A DNA stretch of 52,972 bases from a virus, in the IMG/VR virus record IMGVR_UViG_3300029373_000006; one strand, given 5' to 3'. The notes under the pieces are model-generated. The model ran no database searches, was not told the origin of the DNA, and saw nothing but the letters and a program-made list of their open reading frames with translations. Shown here in pieces: positions 19,781 to 28,745 of this stretch; within the stretch, counting starts at the first letter, position 1, and every line of letters starts with the position of its first letter. Both the position numbers and the translations under genes were made by a program.

Positions 19781-20224
19781 GTGTTCGCAACGTTCCAGAC
19801 CATCATTAACGCCGGAGGCTACGACCTCTCAGACCTCACCGAACGCATCAAGACCTTGTATGCAATGGGCGAGCTCACCGAGGACGAGATGAAGCAGCTT
19901 CTCGAACAGGCGCAGCATAACGCCAAGCCCGACGATTCCTACGCCCCGTTGGCCGACCGTGTGAAGACCATCGAGGAATGGGAGACGACCGTCGAGGAGC
20001 GTTTGAGCAAGCTGGAAACCGGCTCGTCGACCAACCTCGGTGAACCCGAGGAACCAGCCGACGAGTGGCCCGAGTACGTGCAGCCGACCGGTGCACATGA
20101 CGCCTACCACAATGGCGACCAGATCACCTGGAACAGCCAGCACTACCGTTGCGTTGCTCCGGTCGGCACGGCGTGCGTGTGGAATCCGGACACGTATCCG
20201 GCGTACTGGACACTCGTCGAATGA
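19781..20224 (+). CDS. XkdX-like N-terminal module fused to a CBM5/12-like C-terminal domain.
   Basis: The C-terminus 'YHNGDQITWNSQHYRCVAPVGTACVWNPDTYPAYW' fits the W...Y..GD.V.Y.G..Y.C motif. Confidence 0.35.
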   Translation: MFATFQTIINAGGYDLSDLTERIKTLYAMGELTEDEMKQLLEQAQHNAKPDDSYAPLADRVKTIEEWETTVEERLSKLETGSSTNLGEPEEPADEWPEYVQPTGAHDAYHNGDQITWNSQHYRCVAPVGTACVWNPDTYPAYWTLVE

Positions 20225-20228
20225 TATT

Positions 20229-20304
20229 TCCTCCTCCGGATGCTTCGATGACGGGTTTCCCATCCTTTTACCGTCGTCATTGGCCCGGAGGAGGGTTCTT
20301 TTGT
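20229..20304 (+). terminator. Intrinsic terminator after the tail module.
   Basis: 'cctcctccgg' (20230-20239) pairs with 'ccggaggagg' (20285-20294). A large structured loop lies between, and 'ttcttttgt' follows. Confidence 0.45.
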
Positions 20305-20336
20305 ACACATAAAGGATGCATCGAAAGGAGTCCATC

Positions 20337-20756
20337 ATGCCCATGCCTCAATACAACGGTCCCACCTACGGATACAACCCGTACCAGACCTATCTGCCGC
20401 AGTCTCCGTGGCAGGGCCCGCAGCCGTACATGCAACCGCAGACGGCGCAGTCGCCCGTCCAGCAGGTCCAGACGCAGGCCAGCCAGTCTCTGGTAGGTCA
20501 TATTGTCACGGCGAACGACCAGATTCCCGTCTCTGAGGTCCCTCAGAACGGCACTCCCGCATATTTCCCCATGCAGGATGGTTCGTCGATCCTCGCCAAG
20601 TCGTGGCAACCGGATGGCACCATCGCCACGGTCCGCTATATTCCGGAGGTCCAGCAGTCCCAGCCTCAGGAACCCTCGCAGCAGGACGAGATCCTCAGGA
20701 GGCTCGAATCCTTGGAGGGCAAGATTACGCAACTTACGGAATCCTTGACGAACTGA
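20337..20756 (+). CDS. Pro/Gln-rich hypothetical protein.
   Basis: An AAAGGAG RBS sits 7 nt upstream of the ATG. The product has a low-complexity PQ-rich N-terminal half. Confidence 0.4.
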   Translation: MPMPQYNGPTYGYNPYQTYLPQSPWQGPQPYMQPQTAQSPVQQVQTQASQSLVGHIVTANDQIPVSEVPQNGTPAYFPMQDGSSILAKSWQPDGTIATVRYIPEVQQSQPQEPSQQDEILRRLESLEGKITQLTESLTN

Positions 20757-20974
20757 TGGAGAACGTCATGCCTGGACCCGATGATATTCTTCAACGGATG
20801 TTGCAGCAGAATCCTGTCGTGCGCAACAACCCCAACAACGCGCCAATTCTCAACGCCTTGGAGCGTAGGGATGCCCAATCAGGGCAACAACTGGCGCAAA
20901 ACTATATCAACACTTTGGGGATGGACTGGAACACCGCGCTCCAGCAAGCCAAGGCCTTCCTTGGACTTCCCTAA
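20756..20974 (+). CDS. Small hypothetical protein.
   Basis: Its start overlaps the upstream stop (TGATG). Confidence 0.3.
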   Translation: MENVMPGPDDILQRMLQQNPVVRNNPNNAPILNALERRDAQSGQQLAQNYINTLGMDWNTALQQAKAFLGLP

Positions 20975-21018
20975 GGACACAAATAACAACCAACAAAACA
21001 ACATAAGGAGGAACTCTC

Positions 21019-21783
21019 ATGTTCGCTTCGAATAACCTCAGCGCCGCCGACGTTGCGGCAGTCACCGGCGGGAACCGCAACAACGGTTTCGGTGACGGTG
21101 ATGGCTGGTGGATCATCCTGCTGGCCCTGCTGTTCGGCTGGGGACGCAACGGCGCGTTCGGCGGAGGCTACGGCTCCGGTAATGGCAGCTGTTGCGCCCC
21201 TGCGACCTGTGCCGGGCTTCAGGCGGGCTTCAACAACCAGTCCGTCAACACCATGCTTAACGGCATCAACTCGGGTATCTGTTCCCTCGGATATGATGTG
21301 GCCAGCCAGATCAACGGCGTGAACACCAACATCATGCAGAATAGCTACAATACCGCGAACGCGATCACCCAGGCCCAGTTCGCCCAGCAGCAGTCCGCAG
21401 CCGCCCTTCAGGCGCAGCTGGCCGATTGCTGCTGCCAGAACCGCGAGGCCATTTCAGGCGTGAACTACAACATGGCGACCAGCACCAACGCGGTCACCAC
21501 GGCGATCTCCAACGCGGCTCGCGATATCACCGAGAATCAAAATACCAACTACCGTCAGCTGCATGACGAACTGGTGGCCTACCGTATGGAGGATAAGGAC
21601 AACACCATCGCGGAGCTGCGTTCCCAGGTGAACGCCCTTAACCTGTCAGCCTCCCAGTCCAACCAGAACGCATATCTGGTGGCCCAGCTGAAGACCCCGG
21701 CTCCGGTTCCGGCCTACACGGTGCCGAACCCGAACGGCTACTACGGTGGCCAGCAGAACTGCTATCAGTCCTGCGGCTGCTGA
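21019..21783 (+). CDS. Cys-cluster, N/Q-rich membrane-anchored protein.
   Basis: A strong 'aaggaggaactctcatg' RBS precedes it. One TM helix ('WWIILLALLFGW') is followed by a Gly-rich tract and three Cys clusters (CCAP..C, DCCCQ, CYQSCGC). Confidence 0.45.
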   Translation: MFASNNLSAADVAAVTGGNRNNGFGDGDGWWIILLALLFGWGRNGAFGGGYGSGNGSCCAPATCAGLQAGFNNQSVNTMLNGINSGICSLGYDVASQINGVNTNIMQNSYNTANAITQAQFAQQQSAAALQAQLADCCCQNREAISGVNYNMATSTNAVTTAISNAARDITENQNTNYRQLHDELVAYRMEDKDNTIAELRSQVNALNLSASQSNQNAYLVAQLKTPAPVPAYTVPNPNGYYGGQQNCYQSCGC

Positions 21784-21806
21784 GCCACGGAAAGAAGGCA
21801 TAACCG

Positions 21807-22253
21807 ATGATTGTTCTGTCGAATTCCGCCGTGGAGGTTATCCCCGTCGGCGGGACTGTTACCTTCAACCTGACGGTGATCCACACCGGATGCGACCGCA
21901 ACGGCTGCGGCGGGTCCGAGTATCATCGTCAGGGATCCGGAGCCGTTCGGTTGCGTGGCCGAGGGAACCGATGCGGCCAGGCGAGCATCTTCGATCTGAG
22001 CTTCAACGGCAACGTCACCAGCGGCACCGCGGGAACCGAGGTCCAGCTGGCGATGACCATCGACGGCACCCCGTTGGCCGAGACGACGATGATCGAGACC
22101 ATCGATACCGCCAATTCATACCAGAACCTCGCAGCCCGGACATATCTTAAGGTATGCCCAGGCGAGGACGTCACGCTGTCCGTGACCAACACCGGAACCG
22201 AACCGGTGACCGTCGACGCGAACGCGGCATTCACCGCTCGCAGGATCGCATAA
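21807..22253 (+). CDS. Hypothetical beta-rich protein.
   Basis: A 148-aa ORF on the same strand with appropriate spacing. Confidence 0.35.
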   Translation: MIVLSNSAVEVIPVGGTVTFNLTVIHTGCDRNGCGGSEYHRQGSGAVRLRGRGNRCGQASIFDLSFNGNVTSGTAGTEVQLAMTIDGTPLAETTMIETIDTANSYQNLAARTYLKVCPGEDVTLSVTNTGTEPVTVDANAAFTARRIA

Positions 22254-22263
22254 GGAGGCTGCC

Positions 22264-22824
22264 ATGACGCATATGACTAAGGATCTCGACGGCATCTGCG
22301 ACATGAAGGACTCCCTCATGCGCAAGGTCCGCGGGAAGATGGACGATCTCGACGTCGAACGCAGCACCATCCAGGACGTCCAGGGCATGGACATGATGAT
22401 CAACATGATCCATCACCTGGCCGAAGCGGAGAAGTGTTGCTGGGAGGCCTGCTACTACAAGACCGTCGTCAAGGCCATGAAGGAAGGCGACGATCGAGAA
22501 GGCCGCGATGAGGACGATGACGAGTACGAGGAATGGATCGAGCATGGCGACATGCCGAACCGTAATCGTACGTCATCCGGGCGTTTTCGTCGCAGGAACA
22601 CGGTCGGCCGCCGATATCCCGGCAATGAGCGCCGCGACTGGGACGGCGATATGAGCTCCGATGGCGGCACGCTCCAGCATGGCGACATGTCGACCATGAC
22701 GCCGGACGAGAAGCTCAACCGCCTCAAGACCGACGTCGAGACCATGTGGAAGGACGCCACTCCCGAGCAGCGCAAGCGCATCAAGGAGAGCCTTACCAAG
22801 TGGTCGACGACGTTGACCGTTTGA
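22264..22824 (+). CDS. Hypothetical acidic protein.
   Basis: It follows an 'aaggaggctgccatg' RBS. Confidence 0.4.
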   Translation: MTHMTKDLDGICDMKDSLMRKVRGKMDDLDVERSTIQDVQGMDMMINMIHHLAEAEKCCWEACYYKTVVKAMKEGDDREGRDEDDDEYEEWIEHGDMPNRNRTSSGRFRRRNTVGRRYPGNERRDWDGDMSSDGGTLQHGDMSTMTPDEKLNRLKTDVETMWKDATPEQRKRIKESLTKWSTTLTV

Positions 22825-22845
22825 TGCGGAGGTGACTGAATCGAT

Positions 22846-23202
22846 ATGAACCCATGGGTTCAGACGATCGTCACCGTCGTATGCTCAGTGTTCGCTTCGT
22901 CTGGACTCTGGGCGTTCGTCACCACGGTCATCAACAATCGCAAGAAGAAAGACGATTCGGAGGACGAACGCATCGAGGCCATCGAGAAGATGGTGCGGGG
23001 ACTCGCTCACGCCAAGATCGTGGAGGTCGGCAAGCATTATCTGGAGCAGAACCGCATCACTCTCGATGACCTCGATGAATTCAATCACTACCTCTATTAC
23101 CCATACAGCGCCATGGGCGGCAACGGCTACGCCAAGAAGGTCGCCGAAGAGGTCAACAAGCTTCCGCTCGATATCGTTGAAACAAGAAAGGAGGAGAAAT
23201 GA
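22846..23202 (+). CDS. Single-TM membrane protein, BhlA/holin-like architecture.
   Basis: An N-terminal TM helix is followed by a charged coiled region. It lies directly upstream of the holin. Confidence 0.35.
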   Translation: MNPWVQTIVTVVCSVFASSGLWAFVTTVINNRKKKDDSEDERIEAIEKMVRGLAHAKIVEVGKHYLEQNRITLDDLDEFNHYLYYPYSAMGGNGYAKKVAEEVNKLPLDIVETRKEEK

Positions 23203-23501
23203 CCGATCAGAACACCGAACCGGCTCCCGAGGAACCGACCGACGAGGTCTTCAATCCCGATTTCGTTCAACAGGAGATCATCCCGCTGCTCATGTCGGAC
23301 AAGACGTACGACATCATGAAGTGGATCGTGCAGTATATTCTGCCCGGTCTCGGCGTGCTGTACGCCATCATCGCCGGCGCAATCGGACTTCCGTACGCGG
23401 AGGTCGTGCTGGCGGTCGTGATGGCCGTGGACTGGTTCCTTGGTATCATCCTCGGCATCTCCACGAAGCAGTACAACAAGTATATTGCCAATAAGCAGTG
23501 A
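23199..23501 (+). CDS. Holin, two TM helices, putative.
   Basis: 'KTYDIMKWIVQYILPGLGVLYAIIAGAIGLPYAEVVLAVVMAVDWFLGIILGISTKQYNK' resembles Gram-positive phage holins. Confidence 0.5.
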   Translation: MTDQNTEPAPEEPTDEVFNPDFVQQEIIPLLMSDKTYDIMKWIVQYILPGLGVLYAIIAGAIGLPYAEVVLAVVMAVDWFLGIILGISTKQYNKYIANKQ

Positions 23502-23511
23502 TGTTTATAAG

Positions 23512-23551
23512 AATTAAGAGGTCGTGACCATATCATGGCCTCTTAATTTTT
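23512..23551 (+). terminator. Intrinsic terminator after the holin.
   Basis: 'aattaagagg...cctcttaatt' followed by 'ttttt'. Confidence 0.5.
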
Positions 23552-23608
23552 GGCCTTTCGCGCCCAAAACATGTCTTATAGTGAAGCAACCGAACAAAGG
23601 AGAACACT

Positions 23609-23902
23609 ATGAAGTTCGAATCACAGCATCGGAACATCAACAAGGCGTTCGATGATAATATCGACGCGGCGTTGGCCAATATTTACGGAGCGGTCGATGA
23701 CAATCACGCCCGTATGGCCGTCGATGACCTCAAGGTCTTGGTGGAAGCGAAGAAGACGTATAACGAAGATCGCAATGCCATGATCGCGAAGGTCGTCGGG
23801 GTCGGAGGGACGCTGCTTTGTCTGGGACTGATGTTCGCATTCGAGACCGACCACGTCATTACGACAAAGGCGCTGAGTTTCGTTCCGAAGCCGAAGATCT
23901 GA
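23609..23902 (+). CDS. Small protein with a C-terminal TM helix.
   Basis: 97 aa preceded by a 'caaaggagaacactatg' RBS. Confidence 0.4.
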   Translation: MKFESQHRNINKAFDDNIDAALANIYGAVDDNHARMAVDDLKVLVEAKKTYNEDRNAMIAKVVGVGGTLLCLGLMFAFETDHVITTKALSFVPKPKI

Positions 23903-24025
23903 CGACAGACGTTCATATTTGAACGGAGATTCAGGATAAGGGTCCATGGAAACATGGGCTCTTATTTTCTCGCGTTCGAAACATGGATTATAGTGAAGGA
24001 TAATTCATCATAGTAAGGAGTTACC

Positions 24026-24292
24026 ATGAACGACAATGAAAACAAGACGAACTGTATCAAGAAGTTCATCAACGAGCACAAAACCGGCTTGATTATCGGC
24101 GCTTGCGGAATCGTTACACTTGCGTTCGGTGGGTACTGTTATTTCTCCGGAAGGATCGATCAGTATGACGCCGATGGAATAGGATTCGGAAGGCAATTTA
24201 ATGAAGCCTTGAAGACGCTCGATGATGAAACGAAATTGACTGTCGTCGAAGCTTTCAATGCCGCTGCATCGACCACTTCAAACAATCAATGA
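24026..24292 (+). CDS. Small single-TM protein.
   Basis: It follows a 'taaggagttaccatg' RBS and a hairpin/promoter-like module. Confidence 0.4.
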   Translation: MNDNENKTNCIKKFINEHKTGLIIGACGIVTLAFGGYCYFSGRIDQYDADGIGFGRQFNEALKTLDDETKLTVVEAFNAAASTTSNNQ

Positions 24293-24305
24293 TAATCGCA
24301 ACCAT

Positions 24306-24345
24306 ATAAGTGTCATGGAAACATGGCACTTATATTTTTCTCGCG
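24306..24345 (+). terminator. 'catg-GAAA-catg' hairpin + U-tract. Similar hairpins occur at 23945-23972 and 27096-27125.
   Basis: 'ataagtgtcatggaaacatggcacttat' followed by 'atttttctc'. Confidence 0.5.
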
Positions 24346-24402
24346 TTCGAAACATGGATTATAGTGAAGGTTCAACATATTCGATTCAGGAAAGGAACCA
24401 AC

Positions 24403-24744
24403 ATGAACAAGAACGAATCTGAGAAGAAGCCGAACCGTATTCGGAAGTTCTGCTCCGATCATCCTTGGCTCGTCATTGGAGGAGTAGCTGCACTTGGCGT
24501 CGTCTCCACGGTTGTTGCCATTCAGATCACAAAGCCGGATTCGGTCCAAAAGGACTATATTTGGCTTGGCAAGAAGACTGCAAACGCGCTGAAGAAGGAC
24601 GGCATTGCAATATACTACACCGATGACAAACTCAAGGAAACGATCGAAAAGACGAAGGAACACGGTGTCAACCTCAGCCAGACGATGTTTGACTACATGA
24701 AAGCCGCAACTGAACATGCGACAATCGTCGAACCTGAACAATGA
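24403..24744 (+). CDS. Small single-TM protein.
   Basis: It follows a 'gaaaggaaccaacatg' RBS. Confidence 0.4.
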   Translation: MNKNESEKKPNRIRKFCSDHPWLVIGGVAALGVVSTVVAIQITKPDSVQKDYIWLGKKTANALKKDGIAIYYTDDKLKETIEKTKEHGVNLSQTMFDYMKAATEHATIVEPEQ

Positions 24745-24751
24745 CCCATAT

Positions 24752-24795
24752 AGGCGCTGCGAAAACGTGGCGCCTATATTTTTTTTTTCGAAAGG
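24752..24795 (+). terminator. GNRA-loop hairpin + T10 tract; the same hairpin recurs at 25979-26012.
   Basis: 'taggcgctgcgaaaacgtggcgccta' followed by 'tattttttttttcg'. Confidence 0.5.
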
Positions 24796-24803
24796 ATAGA
24801 ATT

Positions 24804-24917
24804 ATGAAAAAGAAATACGGTATTCTCAATTTTCTGCTTGACCTGGTCCTGACCGGTCTCACAGGAGGGTTGTGGCTTATCTGGATCGTGTTCCGTTTTC
24901 TTAGAAGAAACTCATGA
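24804..24917 (+). CDS. 37-aa hydrophobic micro-protein (MKKKYGILNFLLDLVLTGLTGGLWLIWIVFRFLRRNS).
   Basis: It follows a hairpin, a T10 tract and a 'gaaaggatagaattatg' RBS. Its stop overlaps the next start (ATGA). Confidence 0.35.
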   Translation: MKKKYGILNFLLDLVLTGLTGGLWLIWIVFRFLRRNS

Positions 24918-25747
24918 CACCATGCATGTATAGGATCGACTATATCTTCGAACGATATTTTCCGCAATATTGGAGCGAGCGTCTGTGTTTCCAGATTGAT
25001 GGATGGAACCATATGGTGGTCGGGACAAAATCCGGACTGCTATGTCATTTCACCGTCAACCATTATTACGGTGGGACGGATGCAGACTTCGATTTTTTCG
25101 TACACACCGGATCGACAAGAAAGAAGGCGATCATGAGCGATTGCGTCCATATTTTCCTCATCGGTCCCCAGGGATCGGGAAAGACCACGCTCGCCAGGGA
25201 ATTGGAACGTCGTGGGTATGAACAGATCCTTGCGTATACGACCAGGCCTCCACGGGACAACGAGATCGAAGGTATAGACTATCATTTCGTCACTGACGCC
25301 GAATTCGATAATACGTTTCTTGATGGGGAACTGACCTGCGTTAGGACATATTCCACCGTCTTTGGCGTGTGGAGTTATGCGTTCGCTTGGTCGGATCTCT
25401 ATCGCGCGGTGGATAGCGTCGCCGTCATCGATCCGGAATCATATTTACGCATTTATGACCAGATCGAGAACGTTTTCGGCGTCTATCTCGATATTCCCGA
25501 CGATGTGCGCAAGGCGCGGCTGCTCGTCCGAGGCGACGACCCCGATGAGATCAATCGACGCATGGAGGCCGATGCGATGGATTTCTCATCGATCGACATG
25601 TGTTTTCGAGATGTCTGCAAGATGCGGATCGGCATGGTCAGGCGACCGGACATTGAGGCCGATCGGATCGAGGGCCATGTCCGGGCCTTCAGAAGCGCCA
25701 TCCTTCGCGGCGAAAACATGGCATATGATGAAGAGTCAAACCTCTAG
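24914..25747 (+). CDS. Guanylate-kinase-like nucleotide kinase with a 73-aa N-terminal extension.
   Basis: P-loop 'IGPQGSGKTT' plus 'YTTRPPRDNEIEGIDYHFV' is the Gmk signature. The core may alternatively start at the ATG at 25133. Confidence 0.6.
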   Translation: MTPCMYRIDYIFERYFPQYWSERLCFQIDGWNHMVVGTKSGLLCHFTVNHYYGGTDADFDFFVHTGSTRKKAIMSDCVHIFLIGPQGSGKTTLARELERRGYEQILAYTTRPPRDNEIEGIDYHFVTDAEFDNTFLDGELTCVRTYSTVFGVWSYAFAWSDLYRAVDSVAVIDPESYLRIYDQIENVFGVYLDIPDDVRKARLLVRGDDPDEINRRMEADAMDFSSIDMCFRDVCKMRIGMVRRPDIEADRIEGHVRAFRSAILRGENMAYDEESNL

Positions 25748-25761
25748 GAAAGGATAATACC

Positions 25762-25965
25762 ATGAAAGAACAGTTCGAGAAGACCAAGAAGTTCGTGGTC
25801 GATCATAAGTACGAGTTCACCGTTGGTGCGATCGTCGTCGGAGCCGTTGCGGCTTTGGCGGTTGTCAAGTTCATCGGCGAACCGGATGAACTGATCGATG
25901 TCACCGAACCGGAGGCCATCGAGGACTCTTCCGACGATGTGGATTCCACGTCCGTCGAGGAGTGA
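25762..25965 (+). CDS. Small single-TM protein with an acidic tail.
   Basis: It follows a 'ggaaaggataataccatg' RBS. Confidence 0.4.
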   Translation: MKEQFEKTKKFVVDHKYEFTVGAIVVGAVAALAVVKFIGEPDELIDVTEPEAIEDSSDDVDSTSVEE

Positions 25966-26030
25966 CATTTTTCAATGCCGTAAAGGCGCTGCGGAAACGT
26001 GGCGCCTTTATTTTCTGAAAGGAGCAACCA

Positions 26031-26777
26031 ATGAATCTCGAATCCGTCAAGGATTTCGTCAAACACAACGCGGGTACGATTCTGACCGTCATATCCTGTG
26101 CTGGTGTTGTGGGCACGGCCGTATGTGCAGCCCATGATGCCGTCAAGGCCCGTGACGTCATTCTGGAGATTGAGATGGAGCATGATGATATGCCGAAGAG
26201 CGAGGTCGTCAAGCGTGTCGTGCCGTGCTATATTTCCACGGTGCTTATGGCCGGAACGACCATTGCATGCGTCATCGGCCATCATCAGATCTCGGCCGGA
26301 AAGATCGCCGCCTATGCATCGGCATACACCATGGCCACCAAGGCCGCGTCGGAATACCGGACCAAGATCATCGAGGAACTCGGAAAGGAGAAGGCGCAGG
26401 AAATCGACGATGAGATCTCCAAGGAACATATTCGCAAGAACCCGCCATCCGATCAGGATCTGATTCCGGGAATCGGTGATGTTCTGTGCTACGATCAGCT
26501 CATGGACCGATATTTCCATTCCAATCCGGAATCCATTCGCAGGGCCGTGAATGATCTCAACTATGAGCTCATCAATGGCCCGGGTATGTGGGTCGGTCTC
26601 AACGAGTTCTATGACAAACTTGGTCTCGATCCGGCTCCGATCGGCGAGGAACTCGGATGGGCCATCGATAATCGCATCGACGTATCTTTTTCATCGATGC
26701 TTTCCGATAACAACATCCCGTGTCTGGTCATGCGGTTCTCCACAAGTCCCGTTGCCGATACGGCGCGTAGGTACTGA
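26031..26777 (+). CDS. Two-TM membrane protein; paralog of the 28746..29666 gene.
   Basis: It aligns by eye with the 28746 product in the TM1, TM2 and C-terminal 'LGW.I.' regions. Confidence 0.45.
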   Translation: MNLESVKDFVKHNAGTILTVISCAGVVGTAVCAAHDAVKARDVILEIEMEHDDMPKSEVVKRVVPCYISTVLMAGTTIACVIGHHQISAGKIAAYASAYTMATKAASEYRTKIIEELGKEKAQEIDDEISKEHIRKNPPSDQDLIPGIGDVLCYDQLMDRYFHSNPESIRRAVNDLNYELINGPGMWVGLNEFYDKLGLDPAPIGEELGWAIDNRIDVSFSSMLSDNNIPCLVMRFSTSPVADTARRY

Positions 26778-26832
26778 TTCGTGATGAAAACATGTCATAT
26801 AATGAAGTAATTCATCAACGAAAGGAACTGCA

Positions 26833-27090
26833 ATGAAGGAATCATTTGGTGAGGCTCTTGGTAATGCCATCGTCAAGAACCTTGCGAAGAACGCTGAAGT
26901 CGATCCGAAGAAGATCGCCGTTGGTTTGGTAGTTACGGTAGCCGGAAGCGCGCTGACCGTAGTAACTAAATCGGTGACTCAGAAGGTCGTAGGTAACGCG
27001 ATCCGCAAGGCGAATGAACGAAAGGCAGAAGCCGAGAGTGAAGCCGAGGATATTCTAGAATTGGACGACAAACCGTCCGATGAAGACTGA
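26833..27090 (+). CDS. Small single-TM protein.
   Basis: It follows a 'gaaaggaactgcaatg' RBS. Confidence 0.4.
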   Translation: MKESFGEALGNAIVKNLAKNAEVDPKKIAVGLVVTVAGSALTVVTKSVTQKVVGNAIRKANERKAEAESEAEDILELDDKPSDED

Positions 27091-27165
27091 TAGACGTATA
27101 GGCTCATGGAAACATGGGCCTATATTTTCAACCAATAACAATATATTCCAGAAAGGAACCATATC

Positions 27166-27561
27166 ATGATCAAGAAGACTGTCACCTACACCGACATCGA
27201 CGGCATCGAGCAGAGCGAGGATCTGCTCTTCCATCTCGACAATAACATTATCATCGATATGCTAAAGAACAATAAGCTCCAGAAACTATCGGACGATCTT
27301 TCCTCCGACGACATGTCGACGAAGATCACGGCTTTTGAGAACTTCGTCGACATGACGTATGGCTTCCGTTATGAGGAGGAAAAGATCGACAAGAAGACCG
27401 GAGAACGTCGCATGGTGCCTCGATTCCGTCACGCCACGCCCGAGGAGATCGAAGAGTTCCACAAGAGCGAAGCCCATGGCAAACTCATGCTTGCCATGTA
27501 TACCACGCAGGGCGAAGCCGATAATTTCGTGAGCGCTCTGTTGCCGAACATCAAGGGCTGA
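27166..27561 (+). CDS. Hypothetical protein.
   Basis: It follows a 'gaaaggaaccatatcatg' RBS. Confidence 0.4.
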   Translation: MIKKTVTYTDIDGIEQSEDLLFHLDNNIIIDMLKNNKLQKLSDDLSSDDMSTKITAFENFVDMTYGFRYEEEKIDKKTGERRMVPRFRHATPEEIEEFHKSEAHGKLMLAMYTTQGEADNFVSALLPNIKG

Positions 27562-27640
27562 TCGCGATATTCTCATACTCTATAGTGAGGAGGGGATCCG
27601 CATGAGATCCTCTCCTCATATTTTTCGAAAGGAGTTCCAT

Positions 27641-28255
27641 ATGGCGGAAGTTGATAAGGAGACCTTCGACGTTTCGAGAGAAGCGTTGGGAATCGAACCG
27701 AATGCCGATAAACCGAACGACGTCGATAAGGTTGTGCAAGGAGAAGTCGTTCGCAAAAAGAAAAACAAGGTCCAGAAGGTCGCCGAGACATTTTTCGGTG
27801 GCGATTTTCGCGATGTGGTATCATATGTCGTCAAAGACGTCATGATTCCAAACGCCAAGGACATGCTATACGATACCGTATCCCAGGGATTCAGTCGTCT
27901 GCTGTTCGGTGAGGTTCGTCCAAGAAACAACTCTACAAATCGAGGATATACCAGCTATTCATCGATGAGTCGGGATCGTTCCACAGGACGACGTGATATT
28001 GAAGTCCGAAACCGTAATGACTTCGATGATATTACATTCCGCGATCGTCGTGATGCCGAGGCAGTCATGGATACGTTGCGGGATACCATTGATCATTATG
28101 GTCAATGCAGCGTGGCCGATCTGCTCAAGGCATCCGGTATATCCCCAAGATATACCGATTATGATATCGGATGGACTGATCTGGCACGGGCAACCATAGC
28201 GCGATATCGCGATGGCTATGTCCTCAATATGCCGAGAACCGAGAGCTTGCGATGA
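27641..28255 (+). CDS. Hypothetical protein.
   Basis: It follows a 'gaaaggagttccatatg' RBS after a hairpin. Confidence 0.4.
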   Translation: MAEVDKETFDVSREALGIEPNADKPNDVDKVVQGEVVRKKKNKVQKVAETFFGGDFRDVVSYVVKDVMIPNAKDMLYDTVSQGFSRLLFGEVRPRNNSTNRGYTSYSSMSRDRSTGRRDIEVRNRNDFDDITFRDRRDAEAVMDTLRDTIDHYGQCSVADLLKASGISPRYTDYDIGWTDLARATIARYRDGYVLNMPRTESLR

Positions 28256-28745
28256 GCGCATCCGAAGAGCGGCATATTCTGGGAGCGTGGCATTCCAATC
28301 CTTTGTGGAAGATGAAGGTCGATAAGATGAGTGACGAACAGGTCGTCGTAAAACTCAACCTTCTCCGCAGAGCCAGAGAATACAGGAGGACTCACCATGG
28401 CTGAGTTCAGCGCCTTCGAAAAGACGGGTCTGTTTCCCATCGACAAAACGCGATGTATTTCGGATGAGGATCGTAAATCGCTTCGTGTCTGGAAGGATCG
28501 CGTCCGTCGATATTTTCCAAGATCGATCAGGAAGCTCTCGACTATCGAGTAAACGATGACAATACCGGCGTCAAGGTGCTGGAAGATGATGGAACGATCT
28601 TCGAGATCACCATCGACAAAAGCACCAGTGTGGCCGTGGCGCGTCTCTGTCCAAGCGACGAACCGTGGTCGTTCAAATACTGAATGATATTCTCGGAGAC
28701 GTTCCGGAGATCCCCGAGATCGTATTTCAATGTAAAGGAATAAAC

